Shown here: piece by piece, positions 26,950 through 35,221 of the stretch
How positions within the stretch are numbered: the first letter of the stretch is position 1
How the letters are laid out: each line of letters starts with the position of its first letter
Virus record (IMG/VR): IMGVR_UViG_3300010370_000025
DNA from: a virus
Taxonomy: Duplodnaviria > Heunggongvirae > Uroviricota > Caudoviricetes
DNA: 48,803 nt
Direction: 5' to 3' (one strand)
Program-made: the position numbers and the translations under genes
Notes under the pieces: generated by a model
The model's input: the letters and a program-made list of their open reading frames with translations, nothing else
Told to the model about the DNA's origin: nothing
The model's database searches: none

Positions 26950-27243
26950 TTATTCAGCCTGTTTTATTTTAAGGTCTTTTAATTCTTTTGTATCTATTTT
27001 ATCAGAAATAACACCAGTATGTAATTCTGTTGGTGCATTATTTTCTTCTCCTGAATTATTATCAGATGAATCAGCAGGAGTGTCAGAATCAGCAGGTGTA
27101 TCAGCAGGATTATCAGATGAATCAGCAGGTGTATCAGCAGGATTATCTGAGTCTTCAAAAGCAGGGGGCTCTTTTAGTTCTTGACATGCGAACGCTAGTG
27201 ATGGAAACATTAAAGTAATAGCCATTAAAATAATTCTAATCAT
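26950..27243 (-). CDS. secreted acidic Asp/Ser/Pro repeat peptide
   Basis: Signal peptide ending AFA, then DSSDNPADTPA-type repeats. Confidence 0.6.
   Translation of the reverse strand: MIRIILMAITLMFPSLAFACQELKEPPAFEDSDNPADTPADSSDNPADTPADSDTPADSSDNNSGEENNAPTELHTGVISDKIDTKELKDLKIKQAE
27086..27147. repeat. 33-bp tandem repeat (about 2 copies plus partial units)
   Basis: GAATCAGCAGGTGTATCAGCAGGATTATCAGAT at 27086-27118, repeated from 27119. Confidence 0.9.
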
Positions 27244-27563
27244 TTTGTAACCTCATCAAATGTGTTTACTCGTTTAACTTCTATCTTTGGTTCTACTTTT
27301 TTAATTACAGGGTGCTCTGAAATTTCTATATCTTTTATTTCTAAAGCAACATGCAATTTTTGTTTTAGTCTAATCATATCGTTATCAAGCATTCTAATTC
27401 TATCTATTAATGCTATCAACGTTCTATTTGCTTCACTTAAGATAGGGTCAATTTCTTCAGTTGCCCATCTCCAAATAAAGAAAATAAAATACCCCATACC
27501 GCTTGCAGCGATTATAGGAAACCCATACTTATTAATTAGTTCCGCTATGTTGAGTTCTTCCAT
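27240..27563 (-). CDS. single-TM coiled-coil membrane protein (paralogue A)
   Basis: YGFPIIAASGMGYFIFF...LIDRIRMLDNDMIRL. Confidence 0.7.
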   Translation of the reverse strand: MEELNIAELINKYGFPIIAASGMGYFIFFIWRWATEEIDPILSEANRTLIALIDRIRMLDNDMIRLKQKLHVALEIKDIEISEHPVIKKVEPKIEVKRVNTFDEVTK

Positions 27564-27720
27564 CGCCTCTAACTTTTCTTAATAAAATTCGTTTATCTCT
27601 ACCTATTTCTACTACAAATTTATCTCCATCTTTAACTTGAAGAGAGGACGGAGATAGTTCTGGATCTAATAGAATTGATTGATCAGCTGTCAATGAAAAC
27701 AAATAATCTACGAATAACAT
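27532..27720 (-). CDS. AbrB/MazE-like small protein (tentative)
   Basis: LQVKDGDKFVVEIGRDKRILLRK resembles a swapped-hairpin strand pattern. Confidence 0.45.
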   Translation of the reverse strand: MLFVDYLFSLTADQSILLDPELSPSSLQVKDGDKFVVEIGRDKRILLRKVRGDGRTQHSGTN

Positions 27721-27999
27721 TTAGTCTCTCCTTGCATCATTTTTACCATCTGCTCTAGCTATCCTATCTAGATCTGGTCTTAATCCTAGAGCATTAGACA
27801 TTAAAGTATCAATACGAATAATATCATGGTTCATAGTCTTTACTCTATTATCTAACGCCATGATAATTCCCATTAGACCTTTTACTGACCCTATAACACC
27901 ATCAAGAATAAATCTCATCATCAAAAATACAAAATAGCCAGCACCTAACGCGCCGGCTATCGGAAACCCAACGTCTGCTACAAGTTGTAGAAAATTCAT
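27721..27999 (-). CDS. single-TM coiled-coil membrane protein (paralogue B)
   Basis: VGFPIAGALGAGYFVFL...LDNRVKTMNHDIIRI. Confidence 0.7.
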   Translation of the reverse strand: MNFLQLVADVGFPIAGALGAGYFVFLMMRFILDGVIGSVKGLMGIIMALDNRVKTMNHDIIRIDTLMSNALGLRPDLDRIARADGKNDARRD

Positions 28000-28010
28000 A
28001 TTAGCCTCGG

Positions 28011-28337
28011 TTAAATGCTAAAACTTTTACCGCAGCCGCAAGATGACACTTCGTTTGGATTTTTAATAACTAAAGAGCTGCTGCCTAATTTATGTTCATA
28101 ATCAAGCACAGTCCCAATAACATACATTAGACTTGTATTATCTAGCACGAATTCGTGCGTTTCATCTAATGGAACTGAAATATCTAGTGGATCTTTTTCT
28201 ATAGCAAAGCTATAATTATAACTGAAACCTGCACATCCTCCGCCAACTACCTCTAAGCGAATAGCTGATTTATTTTCAGTTTTACAAGCACCCAGTAAAT
28301 ACTGTTTTGCGCTTTCTGTAAGTGTAATTACATCCAT
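28011..28337 (-). CDS. A-type Fe-S carrier (IscA/HesB/ErpA family)
   Basis: GGGCAGFSY and CGCGKSF, with all three conserved Cys. Confidence 0.9.
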   Translation of the reverse strand: MDVITLTESAKQYLLGACKTENKSAIRLEVVGGGCAGFSYNYSFAIEKDPLDISVPLDETHEFVLDNTSLMYVIGTVLDYEHKLGSSSLVIKNPNEVSSCGCGKSFSI

Positions 28338-28361
28338 ATTATATCCTTAGGTTTATATTCT

Positions 28362-28369
28362 TATTTATA
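28362..28369 (-). promoter_or_regulatory. T4-type late promoter
   Basis: TATAAATA on the minus strand 24 nt upstream of the IscA-like gene. Confidence 0.55.
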
Positions 28370-28390
28370 TTATCTATAAAGATTAAAAAA

Positions 28391-29122
28391 ATGTCAAGTA
28401 AAGCAATAAAAATATATCAAATTTACGAACATACAAATGTTGTAATAAAACCAGGCGTTCGTAACAGAGTTTGGATGGATAATACTAAAGATAATCATGC
28501 ATATAGGTGTTTACCTCTTACAATAGCTAATCAGCACGGATGGTCTGTACATCTTAAAGATAGAGCATCTTTTATATGGAAAGGAGGCCCCTATATTGAA
28601 GATGTTATAGTAAAGAGCTCTAATAATAAAAATTGTGCTTCTGTTTTCGGTCATGGTATAATCACGTTTCATTTAGAGCATCTTATTAAGACTCCTGAGA
28701 ATTATAATTTATACATTACAGGAGCACCTAATTATCCTAAAGAGGGTATCACACCTTTAACAGGTATATACGAATCCGATTGGGCTCCTTATTCATTTAC
28801 TATGAACTGGCAAATTACAGAACCTAATAGAGAAATTATATTTGAGCAAGATGAGCCGTTTTGTTTCTTTTTTCCTATCGAAAGAGGAAGTATAGACACC
28901 TTTTATATAGAACATGAAATGTTACAATCTAATTTAGAGTATAAAAACTATCACGATTTATTCTCTGCTAGTAGAGCAGAATTTAATGAAGGAAAACGCA
29001 ATAAAACTATTGATGGAAGTGTTTGGCAAAAGCATTATTTTCAAGGTAAATATCCTGACGGAGCTAAATGTCCTATTCATAATCACCAAACCAAAATACA
29101 AATAGCAGACATTGAGAAATAA
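28391..29122 (+). CDS. DUF6065-family protein
   Basis: HAYRCLPLTIANQHGW, FGHGIITF, ESDWAPYSFTMNW, FEQDEPFCFFFP. Confidence 0.7.
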   Translation: MSSKAIKIYQIYEHTNVVIKPGVRNRVWMDNTKDNHAYRCLPLTIANQHGWSVHLKDRASFIWKGGPYIEDVIVKSSNNKNCASVFGHGIITFHLEHLIKTPENYNLYITGAPNYPKEGITPLTGIYESDWAPYSFTMNWQITEPNREIIFEQDEPFCFFFPIERGSIDTFYIEHEMLQSNLEYKNYHDLFSASRAEFNEGKRNKTIDGSVWQKHYFQGKYPDGAKCPIHNHQTKIQIADIEK

Positions 29123-29226
29123 TATAGGTCTCCCTTGCAATCTTAATGTTTAGCATTATATATAATAATGTCACAGCCATAATGGTGTGATTTATACAAA
29201 TAACCTTGCTTAATAGGAGGTCACAT

Positions 29227-29736
29227 ATGACTATCGATTTTAATAAACTTTTTGATATGCCTGTTGATAAGTTCTTCGTTGGATATGAGCCTATGCTCAA
29301 GAAGTTCCAAGAAGCACACGATACACTAGCTAAATCTATTCCTAATTACCCACCCTACAACATTGTAAAAGTAGACGATAACAAGTATGTTATCGAGCTT
29401 GCTGTTGCTGGTTTCGGTAAGCATAATCTTGACATTACTACTGCCAACGGCACTCTTACTATTACAGGTAGCACTCAAGTAAGTGATTTAGTAGAAGAAG
29501 GCCTAAAGAATACTTACATTTATAAGGGTATTGCTGACCGTGCATTTACTCGTAAGTTCTCAGTAGCTGATACTGTAGAAGTTAAGAACGCAGAGCTTCT
29601 TAACGGTATGCTCAAGATCTGGCTTGAAAATATTATTCCTGATTCAAAGAAGCCAAAGAAGGTAGACATTAACGACCCTGCTTCAACAGATAAAGTGACC
29701 ACAAAGCAACTTTTGACTGAAGATAAGGGAAAGTAA
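29227..29736 (+). CDS. small heat-shock protein Hsp20 (IbpA-like)
   Basis: NYPPYNI, IELAVAGF, YKGIADRAFTRKF, LLNGMLKI. SD AGGAGG before ATG 29227. Confidence 0.9.
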   Translation: MTIDFNKLFDMPVDKFFVGYEPMLKKFQEAHDTLAKSIPNYPPYNIVKVDDNKYVIELAVAGFGKHNLDITTANGTLTITGSTQVSDLVEEGLKNTYIYKGIADRAFTRKFSVADTVEVKNAELLNGMLKIWLENIIPDSKKPKKVDINDPASTDKVTTKQLLTEDKGK

Positions 29737-29901
29737 ATGTTACATAAAATTAATAAGTTAATGGCTAAGTGGAGCGACCACGTAGCCAAGAAAAAAACTA
29801 TTGGAGAGTTACATAGACTTTCTGATAGAGAGTTGTCTGATATTGGTATTGCAAGATGTGATATCTATCGTGCAGTTTATCAACCCAAAAGAGCTGCGTG
29901 A
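29737..29901 (+). CDS. DUF1127 (YjiS-like) small protein, 54 aa, absent from ORF track
   Basis: TIGELHRLSDRELSDIGIARCDI is the DUF1127 signature. Confidence 0.8.
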   Translation: MLHKINKLMAKWSDHVAKKKTIGELHRLSDRELSDIGIARCDIYRAVYQPKRAA

Positions 29902-30116
29902 TGATAGGCTTATTTGACTATCCTTTATGGATCCAATATGCTAAAAAGACTTTCACTAATGAAGTAGTGAAAGATCCTGTAGTTAATGGTGCTTGTATTA
30001 AGTTCTTAGACGCTCAACAAGACTTCTATAAAGTGCTTGTAGAGAATACAACTACTCTTACTAAACACTTTGTAGAAACACAAACTAAATTTTGGTTTCC
30101 TACAGGAGAAAAGTAA
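29898..30116 (+). CDS. hypothetical protein
   Basis: GTGA overlap with the previous stop. Confidence 0.55.
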   Translation: MMIGLFDYPLWIQYAKKTFTNEVVKDPVVNGACIKFLDAQQDFYKVLVENTTTLTKHFVETQTKFWFPTGEK

Positions 30117-30172
30117 TGTGGCCTTATACAGATGAAGAAGCAGACTTTCTTTCTACAGGAGCTAGTAAATGA
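30116..30172 (+). CDS. 18-aa micro-ORF MWPYTDEEADFLSTGASK
   Basis: SD AGGAG, TAATG overlap upstream and ATGA overlap downstream. Confidence 0.5.
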   Translation: MWPYTDEEADFLSTGASK

Positions 30173-30360
30173 AGTTTATTAAGTCTCTTTTAAAAAAGCT
30201 AGCACCAAGATCATACGAAGAACGTATGAACGATTATCTAGGTCAAGCAACTAGTCGTGAGCACTTTGAACATCTCGAAAGAGAATGGTTTAAACAACAT
30301 CACATACATTACAACCCGTACTATTTACTAGTTACAGGTGTTACTAGAACAAAACATTAA
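30169..30360 (+). CDS. small protein, DUF3563-like (tentative)
   Basis: EERMNDYLGQATSREHFEHLEREW. SD AGGAG. Confidence 0.5.
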   Translation: MKFIKSLLKKLAPRSYEERMNDYLGQATSREHFEHLEREWFKQHHIHYNPYYLLVTGVTRTKH

Positions 30361-30389
30361 AAGAGGGGGAATTCCCCCTCTTCTCTTTT
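30361..30389 (+). terminator. intrinsic terminator
   Basis: Perfect palindrome AAGAGGGGGAATTCCCCCTCTT followed by CTCTTTT. Confidence 0.7.
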
Positions 30390-30396
30390 ATAAATA
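30389..30396 (+). promoter_or_regulatory. T4-type late promoter
   Basis: TATAAATA 5 nt before ATG 30402. Confidence 0.7.
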
Positions 30397-30401
30397 CTAG
30401 T

Positions 30402-30608
30402 ATGAAAACATATAAAGAATTTATTAAAGAGAACTTTAAAGACGGTCGTAACCCTCAAGATAAGGGCGACAGTAAACGTCACGGTGTTCCTACAAAAGCT
30501 TCTGTAAGCACTCTTAGGAAAATAGCTAAGCAAGGTGGGCGTAAGGGTCAATTAGCTCATTGGATGGCTAATATGAAAGCTGGTAAAGCTAAAGCTAAAA
30601 ACAAATAA
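30402..30608 (+). CDS. putative internal head protein with T4-type capsid-targeting sequence
   Basis: Starts MKTYKEFIKE (T4 IPII/IPIII start MKTYQEFIAE). Basic, with a late promoter. Confidence 0.65.
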   Translation: MKTYKEFIKENFKDGRNPQDKGDSKRHGVPTKASVSTLRKIAKQGGRKGQLAHWMANMKAGKAKAKNK

Positions 30609-30611
30609 TCT

Positions 30612-30640
30612 ATTGATTTTATTCTAAATATACCCTACAA
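30612..30640 (+). promoter_or_regulatory. promoter of DNA polymerase
   Basis: ATTGAT-N17-CTACAA. Confidence 0.5.
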
Positions 30641-30671
30641 TACAACAATATAATATAGTATGGATTTTTGA

Positions 30672-33194
30672 ATGAGTAAGTTTTACACGAACGTCTCACT
30701 GTATCGTGGTGATATTCTTCTTAGAGGGTATGAGAATGGTGAGCGTATTCAGCTCAATATTCCTTGCAAGCCCTATCTGTTTATTCACTCTAAGAAGAGT
30801 GATGGAGTCTACCGTAACCTTAAAGGCAAGCTTGTAGATAGGATTGATTTCGATTCTCCATCTGAAGCACGAGACTTTATTAAGCGTTATAACGAAGTTG
30901 AAGGCTTTGAGATATATGGCTTTAACAACTTTGTATATCCTTTTATCAACGATTACTACAAAGGTGAGATCGATTATGATCCTAAGCTGGTATCGAAAGT
31001 AAATATCGATATCGAAGTGGCAGCCGATCAAGGCTTCCCTGACATTCAAACAGCTGATAAAGAGATTACAGCTATCACTATGAAGAAGAATGATATGTAT
31101 ATCGTTCTAGGCTGTGGTGAGTTTGTTACTGATAACCCTAAAGTAAAATATATTAAATGTAAGAACGAAGAAGAGCTTCTTACTAAGTTTCTTGATGTTT
31201 GGTGTTCTAAGTGGTTCTCTCCTGATATTGTTACGGGATGGAACATTGAGTTCTTCGATATTCCTTATATTGTTAACCGTATTAAGCGCATACTAGGTGA
31301 TAGTATGGCTAAGAAGCTTTCACCCTGGGGTATACTAGAAGAGCGTACAGTTACTATTGCTGGACGTGATAATCAAGTATACGTTCCTACTGGTATATCT
31401 CTTCTAGACTATATGCAGATGTATCGTAAGTTTACCTTTACTATGCAAGAGTCGTATCGTCTCGATCATATCGCTAACATTGAGCTTGGTGAACGCAAGC
31501 TCGATTACTCTGAGTACGAGAGTTTGTTTGATCTTTATAAGAAGAACTACCAACTCTTTATTGAGTATAACATTAAGGACGTTGATCTAGTAGACCGTCT
31601 AGATGATAAGCTTAAGCTAATTGATCAGGTATTTGCTATCGCGTATGACGGTAAGGTTAACTATCAAGATACTTTTACATCAGTGCGTATGTGGGATGTG
31701 ATTATTCATAACTATCTACTTAGTCAGAACATCGTGGTACCTCAGCTTAAAATAACTGAGAAAGAGCGTCAGATTATCGGTGCTTATGTTAAAGACCCTC
31801 AAGTGGGTATGCATAAATGGGTTGTATCATTCGACTTGAACTCTCTATACCCTCATCTCATTATGCAGTATAACATCTCACCTGAGACATATGTAGGACA
31901 TATCTCATCTATTAACGGAGATGAGGGTGTAAAGAAAATACTTGACGGTTATCTAAACGAACCTTCAGTGCGTAATCAGCTTACTAGTCAGAACGTTACG
32001 TGTGCTGCATCTGGATGTATGTTTGATAAAGATTATCAAGGCTTCTTACCTAAGCTTATGCAGAAGATGTATGATGATCGAGTAGTATATAAGAAGCGAA
32101 TGATTGAAGCAAAGCAATCTCACGAAAAGAATCCTACTCCTGAGACTGAGAAGGCTATCGCGCAAAACCATAATATGCAGTTAGCAAAAAAAATCCAACT
32201 TAACTCAGCATATGGTGCTTTGTCTAATGCTTATTTCCGTTGGTTTGATAATAAACTTGCAGAGTCTATTACTCTATCAGGTCAGCTCTCTATTAAATGG
32301 ATTGAAAGAGAGATGAATAAATATTTGAATAAGCTATTTAAAACGAAAGATATAGACTATGTCATTGCATGTGATACTGACTCTATGTACATTACGCTTG
32401 AGCGTCTGGTCGACCAATGCTTTAGTGAGAGCGATGAAATTGGAAAGGTGGTCAAAGTCTTGGACCACGCATGTGAACATCGCTTGGAACCTTTTATTGA
32501 GTCGTGTTACGGACAGCTTAGCGAATATGTTAATGCGTATCAACAAAAGATGAAGATGAAGCGAGAAGCTATCGCTAATAAAGGTATATGGACTGCTAAG
32601 AAGCGATACATTCTTAACGTATGGAATAACGAGGGTGTTCAATATAATGAACCTAAGCTTAAGATGATGGGTATCGAAGCAGTTCGTTCATCTACACCAG
32701 CATCTTGCCGTGATAACATTAAGAAGTGTATTAAGATTATTATGAATGAGACTGAAGAAGAAACTATCAAGTTTATTGAGAGGTTTCGTGGTGAGTTTAA
32801 ACAGCTTCCGTTTGAAGAGGTTGCGTTTCCTAGAGGTTGCAAAGGTTTGAGTGACTATTCAGATCTAAATACTATCTATAAGAAGGCTACCCCTATTCAC
32901 GTTAGAGGTGCTTTGCTTTATAACTGGGTACTTAAGCAGAAAAAGCTTAATACACGTTTTCAGTCTATTCAAGAAGGCGATAAGATTAAATTTTGTTATA
33001 TGAAATTGCCTAATCCTACACGTGAAAATGTATTTGCTTGTCCAGGCACACTACCTAGACAATTAGGTATGGATCAATATATTGATTATGATACTCAATA
33101 TGAGAAAGCATTCGTTGAACCAATTAAAACTATCCTTGATGCTATCGGCTGGCAGGTTGAGAAAAAAGCATCACTTGATAGTTTCTTTTCATAG
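30672..33194 (+). CDS. 43: T4 gp43-like family B DNA polymerase
   Basis: Exo DIEV, SYRLD, DLNSLYPHLI, KIQLNSAYG, CDTDS, KKRY, MGIEAVRSSTP. Confidence 0.97.
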   Translation: MSKFYTNVSLYRGDILLRGYENGERIQLNIPCKPYLFIHSKKSDGVYRNLKGKLVDRIDFDSPSEARDFIKRYNEVEGFEIYGFNNFVYPFINDYYKGEIDYDPKLVSKVNIDIEVAADQGFPDIQTADKEITAITMKKNDMYIVLGCGEFVTDNPKVKYIKCKNEEELLTKFLDVWCSKWFSPDIVTGWNIEFFDIPYIVNRIKRILGDSMAKKLSPWGILEERTVTIAGRDNQVYVPTGISLLDYMQMYRKFTFTMQESYRLDHIANIELGERKLDYSEYESLFDLYKKNYQLFIEYNIKDVDLVDRLDDKLKLIDQVFAIAYDGKVNYQDTFTSVRMWDVIIHNYLLSQNIVVPQLKITEKERQIIGAYVKDPQVGMHKWVVSFDLNSLYPHLIMQYNISPETYVGHISSINGDEGVKKILDGYLNEPSVRNQLTSQNVTCAASGCMFDKDYQGFLPKLMQKMYDDRVVYKKRMIEAKQSHEKNPTPETEKAIAQNHNMQLAKKIQLNSAYGALSNAYFRWFDNKLAESITLSGQLSIKWIEREMNKYLNKLFKTKDIDYVIACDTDSMYITLERLVDQCFSESDEIGKVVKVLDHACEHRLEPFIESCYGQLSEYVNAYQQKMKMKREAIANKGIWTAKKRYILNVWNNEGVQYNEPKLKMMGIEAVRSSTPASCRDNIKKCIKIIMNETEEETIKFIERFRGEFKQLPFEEVAFPRGCKGLSDYSDLNTIYKKATPIHVRGALLYNWVLKQKKLNTRFQSIQEGDKIKFCYMKLPNPTRENVFACPGTLPRQLGMDQYIDYDTQYEKAFVEPIKTILDAIGWQVEKKASLDSFFS

Positions 33195-33205
33195 AAAGAG
33201 AACAA

Positions 33206-33472
33206 ATGGTAGATAAAAAAGTAATACCTATCGATGTTGATATGGATTTTGACTTTGGTTTTGGCTTTACAGATGATTTAACTGAAGCAGTTTCAGAAAA
33301 AGAAAACCAAGCAATAGTCGCACAAAATAAAGCTGTCACGATGTATAAGATGATTATGCCTCTGCTTAATAATTTAAAAAAAAATCCTGATAAACCGAAT
33401 ATAGTATGGCCTGATAGAGAAAATAAAATAAATGACTTTATCAAAAAACTAGATTCAGTTTTAAATCAATGA
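33206..33472 (+). CDS. hypothetical phage protein
   Basis: DFDFGF, LLNNLKKNPDKPNIVWPDR. Confidence 0.65.
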   Translation: MVDKKVIPIDVDMDFDFGFGFTDDLTEAVSEKENQAIVAQNKAVTMYKMIMPLLNNLKKNPDKPNIVWPDRENKINDFIKKLDSVLNQ

Positions 33473-34230
33473 TAGAAAAAAGAACAAAACATTATAAATC
33501 AATTTTTGTTTCAGATATTCATCTAGGATCTAGAATGAGTCAGGCTGAGGCGTTTTTAGATTTTATTAAATATGTTGAATGTGAAAAGCTTTATTTAGTA
33601 GGTGATATTATAGATGGATGGGCACTTCATAGATCATTTTATTGGCCTCAACAACATAATGATGTAATCCAAAAATTGATGAGAAAGGCTCGTAAAGACA
33701 CTGAAGTAATTTATCTTCCAGGTAACCATGATGAGTTTCTTAGATCGTTTGGTGAGCATGAATTCGGTAATATTAAACTTCAGGATAAAGTTATTCATAA
33801 AGGTTTAGATGGTAAAACATACATTGTAATGCATGGTGATCAGTTTGATGCAGTTGTCAATAATATAAGATGGTTAGCTTATCTAGGTTCATGGGCTTAC
33901 GATTTTTCTATGATGTTAAATTTAATAGTAACTAAAATAAGAAACATTTTTAACTTACCATACTGGTCGTTAAGTGCTTGGGCCAAATATAAAGTTAAAG
34001 AAGCTGTAAATTTTATAACAGATTATGAAGATAATTTAGCTGGATATGCACAATCAAAACAAGTAGATGGTGTAATATGTGGGCATATTCACCATCCAAA
34101 TATACGTAAAATGAATAATGGCATTATGTATATGAATAGCGGTGATTGGGTAGAAAGTTGCTCAGCATTAGTAGAGAACGATGATGGTTCATGGGAGATT
34201 ATAAAATGGACTTTAAAAGAATCGTTATAA
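33469..34230 (+). CDS. plcP: PlcP-type phospholipase C (calcineurin-like metallophosphoesterase, often annotated LpxH-like)
   Basis: SDIHLG, GDIIDGW, YWPQQHNDVIQKLMRKAR, GNHDEF, HGDQFD, YWSLSAWAK, CGHIHH, NSGDWVESC. Matches PlcP-type proteins as recalled. Confidence 0.8.
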   Translation: MIEKRTKHYKSIFVSDIHLGSRMSQAEAFLDFIKYVECEKLYLVGDIIDGWALHRSFYWPQQHNDVIQKLMRKARKDTEVIYLPGNHDEFLRSFGEHEFGNIKLQDKVIHKGLDGKTYIVMHGDQFDAVVNNIRWLAYLGSWAYDFSMMLNLIVTKIRNIFNLPYWSLSAWAKYKVKEAVNFITDYEDNLAGYAQSKQVDGVICGHIHHPNIRKMNNGIMYMNSGDWVESCSALVENDDGSWEIIKWTLKESL

Positions 34231-35207
34231 TAACTGATGCTTGGGAACCTCAAGTAAGCGGTGTAGTTACTACGCTTAAAAAAATGGTTGAGCTATCTAG
34301 ACTCAACGGTTATCAAGTAGAGGTTATTCATCCCGGCTTATTTAAATATAATTTAAAAGTTAAAGCATATCCAGAGATCCCTCTATCTATTCCACTTGGA
34401 TTAAATAAACTTTTAAAACACAAAGATAATACTGTATATCATATTGCTACAGAGGGTCCTTTAGGTCTAGCTGCTTCTTTTATATTAACATTTCGAAATA
34501 AAAGATATACAACATCATATCATACTGACTGGTCTAAATTTATGAAAGATATAGCTGGTGTCCCTAGTTGGATTACTAAAGCTTATATTAAATGGTTTCA
34601 TTATAAAAGAAAAGTGTTTTGTCCTACAAAAACAATAGAAGACTATCTAAGAAGTAATGGAATAGGAAGAAGACATATAATTTGGTCAAGAGGAGCAGAT
34701 GAAAATATATTTCAGCCTCGTACATCTAAGTTTAAAAATATACCACTTTTAGTATCTGTAGGAAGAATATCTAAAGAAAAAAATTTAGATGTATTTTGTA
34801 GTCTTCCAGACAAGTATATAAAAGTAGTTGTAGGAGACGGGCCTTATAAAAATGAACTTCAGCGCAAATACCCTAAAGTAATTTTCCCCGGGTATAAGTT
34901 TGGAGAAGAACTAGCGCAATTTTATCAAACTGCAGACTGTTTGGTATTTACTAGTAAATCAGATACATTTGGAGTAGTTTTACTTGAATCAATGTTTTGT
35001 GGCACTCCTGTTGCTGCATACCCGGTTCAGGGTCCTATAGATGTAATAGATGAAGGTATTACAGGTTGTATGGATAATAATATAGAGCATGCTATAGAAA
35101 AAAGTATGTTGCTTTCAAGAGAAAAATGTAGTACAATAGCGTTAAATAAATGGTCATGGCACCAGTCATGGGTTACATTTATAAGCAATTTAGAAAAAGA
35201 TAAGTGA
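34206..35207 (+). CDS. GT4 glycosyltransferase, Agt-like diacylglycerol glycosyltransferase
   Basis: RIVIITDAWEPQVSGVVTTL, HIATEGPLGLA, VGRISKEKNL, SKSDTFGVVLLESMFCGTPV. Directly follows plcP. Confidence 0.8.
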   Translation: MDFKRIVIITDAWEPQVSGVVTTLKKMVELSRLNGYQVEVIHPGLFKYNLKVKAYPEIPLSIPLGLNKLLKHKDNTVYHIATEGPLGLAASFILTFRNKRYTTSYHTDWSKFMKDIAGVPSWITKAYIKWFHYKRKVFCPTKTIEDYLRSNGIGRRHIIWSRGADENIFQPRTSKFKNIPLLVSVGRISKEKNLDVFCSLPDKYIKVVVGDGPYKNELQRKYPKVIFPGYKFGEELAQFYQTADCLVFTSKSDTFGVVLLESMFCGTPVAAYPVQGPIDVIDEGITGCMDNNIEHAIEKSMLLSREKCSTIALNKWSWHQSWVTFISNLEKDK

Positions 35208-35221
35208 TTGAAAGGTATAAT

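Noticed and set aside
27030-27218. Plus-strand Q/Y-repeat ORF (YQQDYQMNQQV)
   Set aside because: It is an alternative reading of the same 33-bp repeat. The minus-strand ORF has a signal peptide and fits the operon.
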